Shown here: positions 9,494 through 19,957 of the stretch, in pieces
How positions within the stretch are numbered: the stretch's first letter is position 1
How the letters are laid out: each line of letters begins with the position of its first letter
Assembly: GCA_964350815.1 (NCBI GenBank)
Contig: CAYGKW010000001.1
Location: forward strand, 156,120-220,119
Direction: 5' to 3'
Source of the DNA: an uncultured Rhizobiaceae bacterium
GTDB taxonomy: Bacteria; Pseudomonadota; Alphaproteobacteria; UBA7879; VGCX01
DNA: 64,000 bases
Translations under genes and position numbers: made by a program
The notes under the pieces: model-generated
What the model was told of the DNA's origin: nothing
Databases searched by the model: none
The model's input: only the letters and a program-made list of their open reading frames with translations

Positions 9494-11298
9494 ATGACTT
9501 TCACGAAAAACATTTACAGTATTATCAGCGTGAAATGTCCTTCCTACGTAAAATGGGGGGCATCTTTTCTGCCAAATACCCTAAAATTGCCAAACGTCTT
9601 GGCCTTAGTGATACAACTGCGTCAGACCCGCATGTTGAACGACTCATTGAATCTTTTGCCTATCTAACTTCCTATTTACAAAAAGATATAGACAACCAAT
9701 TTCCACGCATTTCATCCGCGTTATTAAATACATTATACCCCCAGCAAGTAAGCTTGATTCCGCCCATGAGTATTTGCCAATTTGAACCGGACCCAGAGGC
9801 TGGATTAACAACTGCCTACGATATTCCACGAAACTTTTCCATGTATGTTGAAGGCGATACAGGGGATGTCAGCCGATTTAAAACAGCCTACCCTGTTGAA
9901 ATGTGGCCTATTAAAGTAACTGATATTGCCATGGTAAAATCAAATCTTTATGATCTTGGGGAAGAGCTGACAAAGCATACTTATGTTTTACGCATTAAAT
10001 TAAAATCTTTATCCGAAGATTTAAGTATCTTAAATTTAAAAAAACTTCGGTTTTTTATTAACATGCCGCGTGCACAAGCGAATGTTTTGTATCAACTTTT
10101 GTTTGAAGAATCTATGAAAATTGGTGTGGTTGGGGCAGATGATAAACCAGCCTATATCACCCCAAAGGATAGTATTTCACAAGTTGGGTTCTCGCCTGAT
10201 GAATCTGTTTTACATGTTCCCAAAAATGGACACCCGGCCTATGCCCTTTTACAGGAATACTTCTTATTTCAAAAAAAGTTTATGTTTTTTGATATTGATA
10301 ACCTAAATTTCAACAACGCCGGACAAACAGCAGAAATTTTAATTCCTTTGTGTCATTCACAAGATGCCAAAAGTTTGGTTTTTGGGGAACGATCCCTTCT
10401 TTTAAATTGCAGCCCTATTGTTAATTTATTTTATAAAACATCTGAACCCATTCGCCTGGATCACCAACGTGTTGAATATCGTTTAATTGCTGACCATCGG
10501 CGTGAAATGACAACAGAAATTCACAGCATTGACCGTGTCTTTTGTTCAGGGGAAGAGGAAAAAGACACAATTGAAATTGATCCTTATTTTTCATACAACC
10601 ATCATTCTTTAAGCGAAGATAAAATGGGGTTTTGGCATGCACGACGGGTCCCTGCAGCAAATAAAAACATACCCGGAACAGATATGCAAATTTCTTTTGT
10701 AAACTTAAATTTTTCACCAAATAGTCCCCCTGTTGATGTGGCTTATGCCCGGGTTTTGTGTACAAACCGACAACTTGCGCCGACTGTCCCTGCGAATGCA
10801 ATTTTAAATGAAGATGAGGGAACCCCAACCAAGTCTATACGTTGTTTATATCAACCTACTGATACAACATATCCTTCCGAAGAAGGGGCAACCCAATGGC
10901 AATTGATATCCCAACTTGCTTTGAATTATTTATCTTTGTCTAACAATGAAAAAAGCTTGGACGCCTTAAAGGAAATGTTACGCTTGTATTCCGGTGGCGG
11001 GAAAAAAATTAATGATGTTGAAATTAACAGCATGATAAAAATGGATTGCGAACCAATTGTTCGCCGATTTGGAAAAGATGCTTGGCGCGGTTTTACAAAA
11101 GGAACATCTGTCACCCTTACAGTTGATGAAGGTGCCTCTGCAAGCTTAGGATCTTTCTTATTTTCATCTGTGCTTGCCCATTTTTTTGGTTTATATACAA
11201 CCATAAATTCTTTTGTAGAGGTATCTATTAAAAGCACACGACGGGAAGGAGTATGGAAAAAATGGCCACCGATCGCCGGCGCACAAGAACTTCTGTAG
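9490..11298 (+). CDS. tssF: T6SS baseplate protein TssF
   Basis: 602 aa with an N-terminus YYQREMSFLRKMGGIFSAKYPKIAKRL typical of TssF. Lies between tssE and tssG. Confidence 0.8.
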   Translation: MNDFHEKHLQYYQREMSFLRKMGGIFSAKYPKIAKRLGLSDTTASDPHVERLIESFAYLTSYLQKDIDNQFPRISSALLNTLYPQQVSLIPPMSICQFEPDPEAGLTTAYDIPRNFSMYVEGDTGDVSRFKTAYPVEMWPIKVTDIAMVKSNLYDLGEELTKHTYVLRIKLKSLSEDLSILNLKKLRFFINMPRAQANVLYQLLFEESMKIGVVGADDKPAYITPKDSISQVGFSPDESVLHVPKNGHPAYALLQEYFLFQKKFMFFDIDNLNFNNAGQTAEILIPLCHSQDAKSLVFGERSLLLNCSPIVNLFYKTSEPIRLDHQRVEYRLIADHRREMTTEIHSIDRVFCSGEEEKDTIEIDPYFSYNHHSLSEDKMGFWHARRVPAANKNIPGTDMQISFVNLNFSPNSPPVDVAYARVLCTNRQLAPTVPANAILNEDEGTPTKSIRCLYQPTDTTYPSEEGATQWQLISQLALNYLSLSNNEKSLDALKEMLRLYSGGGKKINDVEINSMIKMDCEPIVRRFGKDAWRGFTKGTSVTLTVDEGASASLGSFLFSSVLAHFFGLYTTINSFVEVSIKSTRREGVWKKWPPIAGAQELL

Positions 11299-12311
11299 TA
11301 GAGCGTGCTTATAAAGACGCAGATAAATTTGAATTTCATGCAATGGTCAAATTGTTGGAAAGCATGGAGAAAGACTGTACCCCTTTAGGCGAAGGCCCAG
11401 ATCCAACAAAAGAAGCATTACGCCTGCAAGCGCGTGTTGCCGAAGGGTTTCCAAACACAGATATTTTTAAACTTATTGACCCCAAAACAAAAGAAATTCC
11501 ACCTTTATTGATAACTAATTTCTTGGGCATTGCTGGGGCACATGGCCCCTTGCCTTCCCCTTATACCCAGCAGATAATAGAACGTACATCAAGACGTGAT
11601 ACAGGGTTCAGAGATTTTATTGATATCTTTAATCATCGGTTAATATCTTTATTACATCGCATACGAAAAAAACATTGGATTGGCATTTCCAACCAGCCTT
11701 CAGAAGAATCCTTAATGGGAAAATGTTTGAAGGCTTTACTTGGAATCTTTAACCCTTATTTAGAAGACCGCTTAGGTGTTCCTGACCAAAGCTTAACACA
11801 TTATGCCGGTTTATTATGGCAACGCCCTAGATCTGCATTTGGACTACGTCAACTTCTTGAAGGTTTTTTTCGAATGCCTGTTGAAGTTCAAGAATTGAAA
11901 GGCAAATGGAATTTTGTACCCCACGACCAACTTACAAGTATTGGAAGTCAGGGAAAATTTAATGTGCTTGGGCAATCTGCCGTTATTGGCTCAAGGTTTT
12001 GGGATCAACAAGCCCTATTCACTGTAAAAATTGGCCCAATGGATTTAGATCAGTATGTTGACTTCTTGAAACCTGGAAAATCATGGCGTACAATCTGTAG
12101 TATAATTCGATATTATGTAGGTAATGATCAAGATTTCATGATAAACTTAGTTTTAAAAAAAGAACAGGTTCCAAAGCCCAGGCTGGGTTATGGTGTTGCT
12201 ATTGGATGGACAAACTGGTTGAATCGCACAAAAACTGAATCCTATATAGATGATAATCAATGCCAATTAACAACACGTTCTTTTAAAGTTTCAGCAGGAG
12301 GCCATAATTAA
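11253..12311 (+). CDS. tssG: T6SS baseplate protein TssG
   Basis: N-terminal FEFHAMVKLLE motif, equivalent to FDFFQAVRLLE in TssG. Overlaps the tssF 3' end, so the start may be at 11262 instead. Confidence 0.75.
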   Translation: MEKMATDRRRTRTSVVERAYKDADKFEFHAMVKLLESMEKDCTPLGEGPDPTKEALRLQARVAEGFPNTDIFKLIDPKTKEIPPLLITNFLGIAGAHGPLPSPYTQQIIERTSRRDTGFRDFIDIFNHRLISLLHRIRKKHWIGISNQPSEESLMGKCLKALLGIFNPYLEDRLGVPDQSLTHYAGLLWQRPRSAFGLRQLLEGFFRMPVEVQELKGKWNFVPHDQLTSIGSQGKFNVLGQSAVIGSRFWDQQALFTVKIGPMDLDQYVDFLKPGKSWRTICSIIRYYVGNDQDFMINLVLKKEQVPKPRLGYGVAIGWTNWLNRTKTESYIDDNQCQLTTRSFKVSAGGHN

Positions 12312-14974
12312 TGCAAAATTTACAATCTTTAATTGGAAACTTAAACACAACTTGCAAAAGATGTTTGGAAGAATCTGCACAATTATGTATTACCAATACA
12401 AATGCAACTGTTGATATTGAACATTTACTATTTCAAATTCTGGAAAAGCCTGCAACGGATCTTTCTGTTATTGCAAAATACTATGAAATTGATTTAAAGC
12501 GTGCAAAGCAACAGCTTCAAAATGCAATAAATGATTTCAAACGTGGCAACAATAAAACACCTTCCATGTCTGCTCAGTTAGTTAAATTATTGGAAAGGGC
12601 GTGGGTTATCACTTCCTTGAATCTGAAACAAACTCAGGTACGCTCAGCCGCGATATTAATGGCGATTTTAAAAACTGAAGAATTATTAGGCGTAATTGTA
12701 AATAGCTGCCAAGAATTATTAAAAATTCCACGTAATAAACTGGAAGAAGATATTCTAGAATTAATTAAATCCAGCCCAGAAGATGTAGGGGAAGGAAATT
12801 TAAGCAGCAATACAGGGGGCAGCAAAAGCAGTTCTTCTGATGGAAAATCCCCGACGCAAGCCTTGGATAAATTTACAATTGATCTTACACGCCAAGCCCG
12901 TGAAGGGAAAATTGATCCCATTGAAGGGCGTGATTCAGAAATCCGCCAGATGCTGGATGTTTTGGGACGCCGGCGTCAAAACAACCCCATTTTAACAGGG
13001 GATGCAGGTGTTGGGAAAACAGCAGTTGTTGAAGGCCTTGCCTTGCGCATTGCAAATGGGGATGTTCCTGATAGTTTGAAAAAAGTAAGCATTCGCACTT
13101 TGGATCTTGGTTTACTTGAAGCCGGGGCTGGTATGAAAGGTGAATTTGAAAACAGGCTGAAATCCGTTATTCAAGAAGTACAAAGTTCTTTAACCCCAGT
13201 TATTTTGTTTATTGATGAAGCCCATACATTAATCGGCGCCCAACAAAATGCCCAAAATGATGCAGCCAACCTTTTAAAGCCTGCTTTGGCCAGGGGTGAA
13301 TTGCGAACGATTGCTGCAACCACTTGGGATGAATATAAAAAATTCTTTGAAAAAGACGCAGCCCTTACCCGTCGTTTCCAAGTTATAAAAGTTGAAGAGC
13401 CTGACGAAGAAACAGCTGTGAAAATGTTGCGCTGTTTAACAGAAAAGTTAGAACACCATCACAAAGTTTTGATACTGGATTCTGCCATTAAAGATGCTGT
13501 TCGTTTGTCCACTCGATATATTGGGGGCCGCAAATTACCAGACAAGGCAGTCAGTGTTTTAGATACTGCCTGCGCACGCGTACACTTAGCACAAAACGCA
13601 ACCCCTGAAGCCGTTGAAACATTAACCCGTGATTTGGAACTTTTAGAAATTGAAAAATCACGCTTACAAAAAGAAGAATTAAGTGGCCATGTTCACCAAG
13701 ATCGATTGGCCCAAATTTCTGTCGATGCGCAAACAAAACAAAAAGAATTGGATGAGGTAAAAAAAACTTGGGAAGAAGAATTAAACCTTGTAAAAGAAAT
13801 TAACCAACTTCACAACAACATCTTAGAAATAAATGAAAAAAATGGCCCTGACCATCACGACCTAAAAGATTTAAAAATAAAAATCAGTAAACTTAAAAAA
13901 GATTTGGAAACCAAACAAGGGGAAAAAGGGTTGGTCCCTGCATGTGTTGATGGCAATGTTGTTGCCCAAGTTGTTGCAGGGTGGACGGGCATTCCTTTAG
14001 GTAAAATGTTGCGCGATGAAATCAATACCGTGTTAACCTTAAAAGATATTATGGCCAATCGCTTGATCGGGCAAAAACAAGCTGTGGATACCATTGCAAA
14101 ACATATTGTGACATACCGTGCAAACTTAGATGAGCCTGGAAAACCAGTAGGCGTCTTTTTATTAGTTGGACCCAGCGGTATTGGGAAAACAGAAACAGCC
14201 TTGGCTTTGGCTGACACACTATATGGCGGGGAACGAAATCTTGTCACCATTAACATGTCTGAATACCAAGAATCTTATACTGTTTCTTCTTTGAAAGGGT
14301 CGCCTCCCGGATATGTAGGATATGGTGAAGGGGGTGTTCTGACCGAAGCCGTCAGACGCAACCCATACAGCGTTGTTCTTTTAGATGAAATTGAAAAAGC
14401 CCACCCGGACGTAATGGAATTATTCTATCAAGTTTTTGATAAAGGAATCTTGGAAGATGCAGAAGGTATTGAAATTGATTTTAAAAATACCGTTATTTTA
14501 ATGACAACCAATTTGGCATCTGAAACCATTATGAAGGAATGCAAAAATCCGAAAAAAATGCCGGATGCCAAGAAGGTTTCAGATACCATTCGTCCTGAAT
14601 TGGCTGCCCATTTTAAACCTGCTTTGCTTGGGCGCATGACAATTGTTCCGTATTATCCTTTAACAAGTGAAGAAATATCTGAAATTGTAAAACTTAAATT
14701 GGATCGCATCAAAAGTCGATTTGAAGGAAATCATGGGGCTGACTTTTCTTACAGCAAAGATGTCATTAAATTCATCACAGATCGATGTGATGATCCTGAT
14801 TCCGGGGCACGTAATATTGATTACGTTATTAACCAAAACTTACTTCCCCTTTTATCTGCAGAAGTTTTAAAACATATTGCTGATGAAACACCCTTTGGCA
14901 GTATAAAAGTTTCCATCAAACGGGATGAATTTATATGTGATTTTGAGGCATCAAAAATTGCAAACAAAGCTTAA
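12311..14974 (+). CDS. clpV: T6SS AAA+ ATPase ClpV (TssH)
   Basis: 887 aa with two Walker A motifs (GDAGVGKTAV and GPSGIGKTE) and ClpB-like architecture. Its ATG overlaps the tssG stop. Confidence 0.9.
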   Translation: MQNLQSLIGNLNTTCKRCLEESAQLCITNTNATVDIEHLLFQILEKPATDLSVIAKYYEIDLKRAKQQLQNAINDFKRGNNKTPSMSAQLVKLLERAWVITSLNLKQTQVRSAAILMAILKTEELLGVIVNSCQELLKIPRNKLEEDILELIKSSPEDVGEGNLSSNTGGSKSSSSDGKSPTQALDKFTIDLTRQAREGKIDPIEGRDSEIRQMLDVLGRRRQNNPILTGDAGVGKTAVVEGLALRIANGDVPDSLKKVSIRTLDLGLLEAGAGMKGEFENRLKSVIQEVQSSLTPVILFIDEAHTLIGAQQNAQNDAANLLKPALARGELRTIAATTWDEYKKFFEKDAALTRRFQVIKVEEPDEETAVKMLRCLTEKLEHHHKVLILDSAIKDAVRLSTRYIGGRKLPDKAVSVLDTACARVHLAQNATPEAVETLTRDLELLEIEKSRLQKEELSGHVHQDRLAQISVDAQTKQKELDEVKKTWEEELNLVKEINQLHNNILEINEKNGPDHHDLKDLKIKISKLKKDLETKQGEKGLVPACVDGNVVAQVVAGWTGIPLGKMLRDEINTVLTLKDIMANRLIGQKQAVDTIAKHIVTYRANLDEPGKPVGVFLLVGPSGIGKTETALALADTLYGGERNLVTINMSEYQESYTVSSLKGSPPGYVGYGEGGVLTEAVRRNPYSVVLLDEIEKAHPDVMELFYQVFDKGILEDAEGIEIDFKNTVILMTTNLASETIMKECKNPKKMPDAKKVSDTIRPELAAHFKPALLGRMTIVPYYPLTSEEISEIVKLKLDRIKSRFEGNHGADFSYSKDVIKFITDRCDDPDSGARNIDYVINQNLLPLLSAEVLKHIADETPFGSIKVSIKRDEFICDFEASKIANKA

Positions 14975-14984
14975 AAGTTAACAA

Positions 14985-17552
14985 ATGGCTGGACTTATTT
15001 CCCAAGAAAATACCTATCTGACCATCACAACAAAATTGGGTGCAGATAAAATTATCCTTAATCATTTTAAGGCTGAAGAAAAATTAAATGGGCTTTTTGA
15101 ATTTAATTTAGAACTTTATATCCCATATGCCACGGATGCCAAAAATTATGACTTAGACTTTACAAAACTTATTGAAACTGAAGTTACCATTACCCTGACT
15201 TTAGGAAAAAAAATACGTTACTTTCATGGATTAATTACTGAATTAATACAAGGTCCGACAGTTGCAACTGGGATGGAAAAAATGCAACGCACCCATGAAC
15301 GGACTTATTTTTATGCCAAAGTACATCCCACGGCCTGGTTAATGCAATTAACTGAAAACTGTGAAATTCATCAAAATAAATCGGCGATGGATATTATTAA
15401 AGAATTGTTAGGCAAACATAAAATTACTTTTAAAGACCTAACATCCAAGCGCGGAAAATTAAAACGCGAATACTGTGTTCAATATAACGAAAGTGATTTT
15501 GCCTTTATTTCAAGATTAATGGAAAATGAAGGCATTTATTATTTTTTCAAACATGAAAAAGCCAAACACACGATGTATCTTGCTGACGGCGGGAAACCTT
15601 GGGAGAAGCATACGGACAAAGATTTAGCAACTGTTACAGTTTATAACACCCAACACCCAACACCTGTACAATTCAGTCTGTACGATATGCGTGTATCAAA
15701 ACAAATTGTTCCTTCAAGCTTTACTTATAATGATTATGATTTTGAAAAACCGACCACTAAATTAAAGGCAGAATCAAAAGGCGAAGGAAAAGGTCGGGAT
15801 TATTATCACTATCCAGGGAAATATATTGTACAAAAAAATGGGATGGCTCTGACGGATATGCGTTTAGAATCCCTTGAATACCCATCTGATGCCATCCATT
15901 CAAAATCAGATATTCCTATGTTTGAAATTGGCCATTCTTTTAAATTGGATAATGCCTTAAGAAAAGATATTAACAAAAAAGAATTTGTTATTTTTTCTAT
16001 TCACCATGAAGCCAAAATTCAAGCAGAACCTGATGAAAATAATGAAGGGGAAAAGCTTGTAAAAACAGAATATGATGGCGAAGTTGTTTATGAAAACAAG
16101 GTTTGCTTTTTCAGCAAAGACCTTCCTTACCGTCCCGCACTAAAAACTCCGTGCCCAAAAATTCACGGCACCCAAACGGCAACCGTTTCTGGTAAAGCCG
16201 GTGAAGAAATTTGGACAGATAAGTATGGTCGTGTTCTTCTTAAGTTTCATTGGGATCTAAGCCCCACAAAAGATGATAAAGTTTCGTGCTTTGTCCGTGT
16301 TTCCCAGGCCTGGACAGGCAAACAATGGGGGGTTTTGTTTACCCCACGTGTCGGCCAAGAAGTTGTTGTCACATACCTAAATGGGAACCCTGACAAACCC
16401 CTGGTGACTGGGTGTGTTTATAATGGGGATAACCTTCCCCCCTATTTACCGGCTGAAAAAACGAAAAGCACCATTAAAACAAATACAAGCCCTAAAGGTG
16501 GTGGTTTTAACGAATTACGATTTGAAGATAAAAAAGACGCTGAGGAAGTTTTTATCCATGCCCAAAAAGATTACAACACAACTGTTTTAAATGGGGAACG
16601 TACTGTTACAATTGAAGGTGCTGAAGATTGTGGCCATGATAAATTAACCATTCGCAAAGGGGATCGTACCTTTTTAATTGAGGAAGGCAGTCAATCCGAT
16701 ACCTTAAAAAAAGGGGACAAGTCCACCCTTCTTGAAAAAGGTAATGATACAGAAACATTAAAAGATGGAAATCAAACCATTACCCTTGAAAAAGGGAACC
16801 AAGCAACAACCCTGAAAAAAGGAAATCAATCTGTTACCTTAAAAGGGGGCAATCAAGAAATTGATATCAAAGGAAATCAAACTGAAACCATTTCTGGAAA
16901 TCAAACCGTCACAATAAAGGGGAATAGAAAAGTTTCAGTTACTGGCAATGATACTTTATCCGTTAAAGGAAATATGACCGTTGATGTTATGGGAAATATT
17001 ACAGCCAAAGCAAAAGGTAATGTTACAATTGAGGCCATGGGCATGATCAATATTAAAACACCAACTGGTATGATAACAGTTGAAGGAGGCATGATCACTG
17101 CAAAGTCCAAGATGCTTACGACAGACACACAAGGTCCTGCAACACACAGTGCCATGATGATGACGATAGAATCAAAAGGACCTTTGGCAATGAAAGGATC
17201 CCCTATTGCAATTGGCGCACCAATGATGACAATGGCAGCCGGCGGATCTGCCGCAATGACAACGGATACTGGCGGTGGTCTTGAAATGGGTGGCGGTGGA
17301 GATGTTGGCTTAAGTTCAACAGGCCCCATGAAAATGAGCAGTACCGCGCCCGCAAAAATGGATAGTCCCGCTGGTGTAAAAATTTCTTCTGGTGCAAGTT
17401 CTATTGACTTAAAGGCAGCAATGGGCACAATTAAATCTGCTATGTTAACGGTTGAAGGTTCTGGAATGATGGCAGTAAAAAGTGGTGGGATGTTAAATGT
17501 TCAAAGTGGTGGATTGGTTAATATTAAAGGCTCAATGGTAATGATAGGATAA
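14985..17552 (+). CDS. vgrG: VgrG spike protein with a C-terminal gp5-like beta-helix
   Basis: 855 aa. N-terminal gp27/gp5 region, then reiterated (T/S)xKGNQ/GNxT octapeptide-like repeats at aa 560-700 that form a beta-helix, then a Gly/Met-rich tail. Confidence 0.85.
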   Translation: MAGLISQENTYLTITTKLGADKIILNHFKAEEKLNGLFEFNLELYIPYATDAKNYDLDFTKLIETEVTITLTLGKKIRYFHGLITELIQGPTVATGMEKMQRTHERTYFYAKVHPTAWLMQLTENCEIHQNKSAMDIIKELLGKHKITFKDLTSKRGKLKREYCVQYNESDFAFISRLMENEGIYYFFKHEKAKHTMYLADGGKPWEKHTDKDLATVTVYNTQHPTPVQFSLYDMRVSKQIVPSSFTYNDYDFEKPTTKLKAESKGEGKGRDYYHYPGKYIVQKNGMALTDMRLESLEYPSDAIHSKSDIPMFEIGHSFKLDNALRKDINKKEFVIFSIHHEAKIQAEPDENNEGEKLVKTEYDGEVVYENKVCFFSKDLPYRPALKTPCPKIHGTQTATVSGKAGEEIWTDKYGRVLLKFHWDLSPTKDDKVSCFVRVSQAWTGKQWGVLFTPRVGQEVVVTYLNGNPDKPLVTGCVYNGDNLPPYLPAEKTKSTIKTNTSPKGGGFNELRFEDKKDAEEVFIHAQKDYNTTVLNGERTVTIEGAEDCGHDKLTIRKGDRTFLIEEGSQSDTLKKGDKSTLLEKGNDTETLKDGNQTITLEKGNQATTLKKGNQSVTLKGGNQEIDIKGNQTETISGNQTVTIKGNRKVSVTGNDTLSVKGNMTVDVMGNITAKAKGNVTIEAMGMINIKTPTGMITVEGGMITAKSKMLTTDTQGPATHSAMMMTIESKGPLAMKGSPIAIGAPMMTMAAGGSAAMTTDTGGGLEMGGGGDVGLSSTGPMKMSSTAPAKMDSPAGVKISSGASSIDLKAAMGTIKSAMLTVEGSGMMAVKSGGMLNVQSGGLVNIKGSMVMIG

Positions 17553-17556
17553 AATT

Positions 17557-18525
17557 ATGACAAAAAATATTTCCCCAGAATTTTTAGAAAAACTTCGTCT
17601 GATACGTAAAAAAAACGAAGTTGATAAAACCAATGAAAATGACATCAATAGTGTTGAATCTTATAATGCTTATGATGTCGTTGATAAAGTTGATCTTCCC
17701 GAAGGGTTTGACCCTGGTGAAGCAGAAGAAAATGCACAAGAAGAAAGTCTTGAGGGTCCTTTCCCACCTGACATGACCCAGGCCCCAAAGAACCCTGCTG
17801 CTGAAAAGAAAGAGGAGGATATAGATCCAAATGCCTTGGATTCAGGGTATCAAGAAATCAAAGATGCTGATGACAATATCATTCAAAAAATTCCCTATGA
17901 GAATAAAAAAATCCATGGAGATGTCGAAATTTTTGATAGCCAAGGAAATCTTATTCAAACCATACCCTACAATCAGGGAATAATTGAAGGTGTTTCAAAA
18001 GCATACAACAGTGATGGTAATATAATGCAAGAAGTTACCTTCAAGGCTGGTCAAAAAAATGGTCGGGGGATTTTTTATAATAATGGTGTCAAAGCAGCGG
18101 AGATGGTTTATGAAAATGATGAAATTAATGGGCCTTCTGTTTTTTATACACCAAGCGGTGGAATAAGCACCATTTGTTATTATAAAGATAGTTTAATGCA
18201 TGGCGAAATGACAGCTTATGATGATAAAAAAGCGATTGTAAAAAAAACCATGTATGAAGAAGGAAAAATGCATGGCCCTTCGTATGTCTATTATCCCAGC
18301 GGTCAAATTTTTGAAGAAGCTTATTATGAAAAGGATCAACTATCTGGCAAAGTTCTTAATTATTATGAAAATGGAGAAGTTCTTTCAGAAAAAAAATATG
18401 AAGAAGGTAAATTAATTTCAGAATTAAGATACGACACAAATGGCAAACGGACAGATGATAATGAATATGAAGGGGACTATCCCAAATCAGCCCGCAATGC
18501 CTTAAAAGATATTGAAGGATCATAA
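17557..18525 (+). CDS. MORN-variant / YwqK-family repeat protein; VgrG-linked cargo, adaptor or immunity candidate
   Basis: 322 aa with an acidic N-terminal region and then about 8 tandem Y..NG...E.-type repeats (YENGEVLSEKKYEEGKLISELRYDTNGK). Starts 4 nt after the vgrG stop. Confidence 0.5.
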   Translation: MTKNISPEFLEKLRLIRKKNEVDKTNENDINSVESYNAYDVVDKVDLPEGFDPGEAEENAQEESLEGPFPPDMTQAPKNPAAEKKEEDIDPNALDSGYQEIKDADDNIIQKIPYENKKIHGDVEIFDSQGNLIQTIPYNQGIIEGVSKAYNSDGNIMQEVTFKAGQKNGRGIFYNNGVKAAEMVYENDEINGPSVFYTPSGGISTICYYKDSLMHGEMTAYDDKKAIVKKTMYEEGKMHGPSYVYYPSGQIFEEAYYEKDQLSGKVLNYYENGEVLSEKKYEEGKLISELRYDTNGKRTDDNEYEGDYPKSARNALKDIEGS

Positions 18526-18912
18526 ATGCCACAACTTACATCTACAGGGGGTCTTGCAAAATGCATTTTTGGGGTGGCGCCAAGCCCCCTAAACTTTTTA
18601 CCTGTCTATAAGGTTATGGCAACAACACCTGTTGGAAATATTAATGATTTCAAACCATTTGCAAATATTATTCCTTTTGGAATGTGCATGAGCCCGGGAA
18701 ATCCTGCAGTTATTGCTGCCACGGCCGCTGCGTTGGGTGTGCTGACACCGATGCCCTGCACCCCTAATATTTCAACTCCCTGGATACCTATGGCCCCCAC
18801 AAAAATGGTTGGGAATATGCCGGTTGTACCGTCTACCAGCATGCAAATATGTAAATTTGGGGGACTAGTTACCATTACTTTTCCAGGACAAGTCACTGTA
18901 CAAGTAAGCTAG
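18526..18912 (+). CDS. PAAR-like DUF4280 family protein
   Basis: 128 aa with the conserved PFGMC, NPAV and PCTP pattern of DUF4280 (PAAR-like). Its ATG overlaps the stop of the preceding gene. Confidence 0.55.
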   Translation: MPQLTSTGGLAKCIFGVAPSPLNFLPVYKVMATTPVGNINDFKPFANIIPFGMCMSPGNPAVIAATAAALGVLTPMPCTPNISTPWIPMAPTKMVGNMPVVPSTSMQICKFGGLVTITFPGQVTVQVS

Positions 18913-18963
18913 CATTTCTTCAAAATTAATGATAATTTATTATGTATAGAAATATAATTCATT

Positions 18964-19947
18964 ATGAAAAGATTAACAAAAACATTATTTATCGGAACTG
19001 GTTTTTTAGCTGCAGGGTTATATCTTGCAAGCAACTTTAATGATCCTCAAAATCCTTCTGTCATGTCCACCCTTAAACACGTCAGTGTTGCTGTGCGTAA
19101 TGCACTTCAGCAGTATGTGAAATTTTCTGATGATGGGGTGTCTATTGGTAAGCAAGAAAAAAAACAAGAAAAATACAGCCCTACTGATATAAGAAGCGCC
19201 ACACATATGGATGATGATGAAGTAACAGATGCCCAAAAGTTTTTCAATCGTCTTGCCGGTTTAGATCCAGAGGAATTGGCTAAGCAAAAAGAAGATAAAA
19301 AGAAAGCAGAAGAAGAGGCCCTAAAAGCAGCGGAAGAGGCTGCAAAAAAAGAAGGGGAAACAGCCGAAGATAAAGATGCAGGAGAAGAACTTCCCGAATC
19401 ACTTTGGCCCATGAAGCGTAAACGTAAAGGTATTATTGAAATTACCGGACACAAAACTGGGGCAGTATATAATAAAGGAGCCCTTCCTTATGGCCCACCC
19501 CCTTTTGTTAAGTCTGAAATTTTTTCTGATGAAGCGCGCCTACAAATTTATAATGATCCAGAAGCAGAAACATCTAAAAAAATAAAAATAGAGGATCAAG
19601 ATGAAATTAACTATGGGCCAGATTCTATTATTAACATAACTGATCAAAAACCATTTCCTGATAAAATTAAGGCTCCACTTATGCAGCATGGAGATGCATA
19701 TACGGTTCAGCTTGGCGCTTATGAAACAAAAAATGATGCACGTAAAATGGCTGATAAATTGGTTACCAAAGGATTTAATGCAGGGGTTTACCAAGGCGAC
19801 ACATCCCATAACAACTGGTATTTTGTTAGATTAAATTCAAAAGAAACTGAACAAGAAGCAATGGATCACGCCCAAGAAATTATGGAACAACATGGTATTT
19901 TCCCCCTTGTTGTCCCCACTAAAAAAGAAGAACGTAGAATACAGTAG
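18964..19947 (+). CDS. Membrane-anchored SPOR-domain protein (FtsN/DedD-like architecture)
   Basis: N-terminal TM (LFIGTGFLAAGLYLA), a Glu/Lys-rich linker and a C-terminal SPOR-like segment (YTVQLGAYETKNDARKMADKLVTKGFNAGVY...WYFVRL). Confidence 0.5.
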   Translation: MKRLTKTLFIGTGFLAAGLYLASNFNDPQNPSVMSTLKHVSVAVRNALQQYVKFSDDGVSIGKQEKKQEKYSPTDIRSATHMDDDEVTDAQKFFNRLAGLDPEELAKQKEDKKKAEEEALKAAEEAAKKEGETAEDKDAGEELPESLWPMKRKRKGIIEITGHKTGAVYNKGALPYGPPPFVKSEIFSDEARLQIYNDPEAETSKKIKIEDQDEINYGPDSIINITDQKPFPDKIKAPLMQHGDAYTVQLGAYETKNDARKMADKLVTKGFNAGVYQGDTSHNNWYFVRLNSKETEQEAMDHAQEIMEQHGIFPLVVPTKKEERRIQ

Positions 19948-19957
19948 AGGTCTTAAA

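Noticed and set aside
12634-14256. Several 60-133-aa minus-strand ORFs inside clpV
   Set aside because: Antisense to the conserved AAA+ domains. No independent support.
16680-17000. Regularly spaced short repeats in DNA (GGAAATCAA...GGGAAC...) that could suggest a CRISPR array
   Set aside because: They are in-frame codon repeats encoding the VgrG beta-helix (KGNQxxTL units). There are no spacer-like unique segments and no cas genes. No CRISPR array is present in the window.
16901-17428. 175-aa minus-strand ORF within vgrG
   Set aside because: Antisense to the VgrG beta-helix and Gly/Met-rich tail. Proline and isoleucine-rich low complexity with no start context.
19107-19454. 115-aa minus-strand ORF
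   Set aside because: Antisense to the Glu/Lys-rich linker of the SPOR-domain protein. Ser/Ala-rich mirror low complexity.
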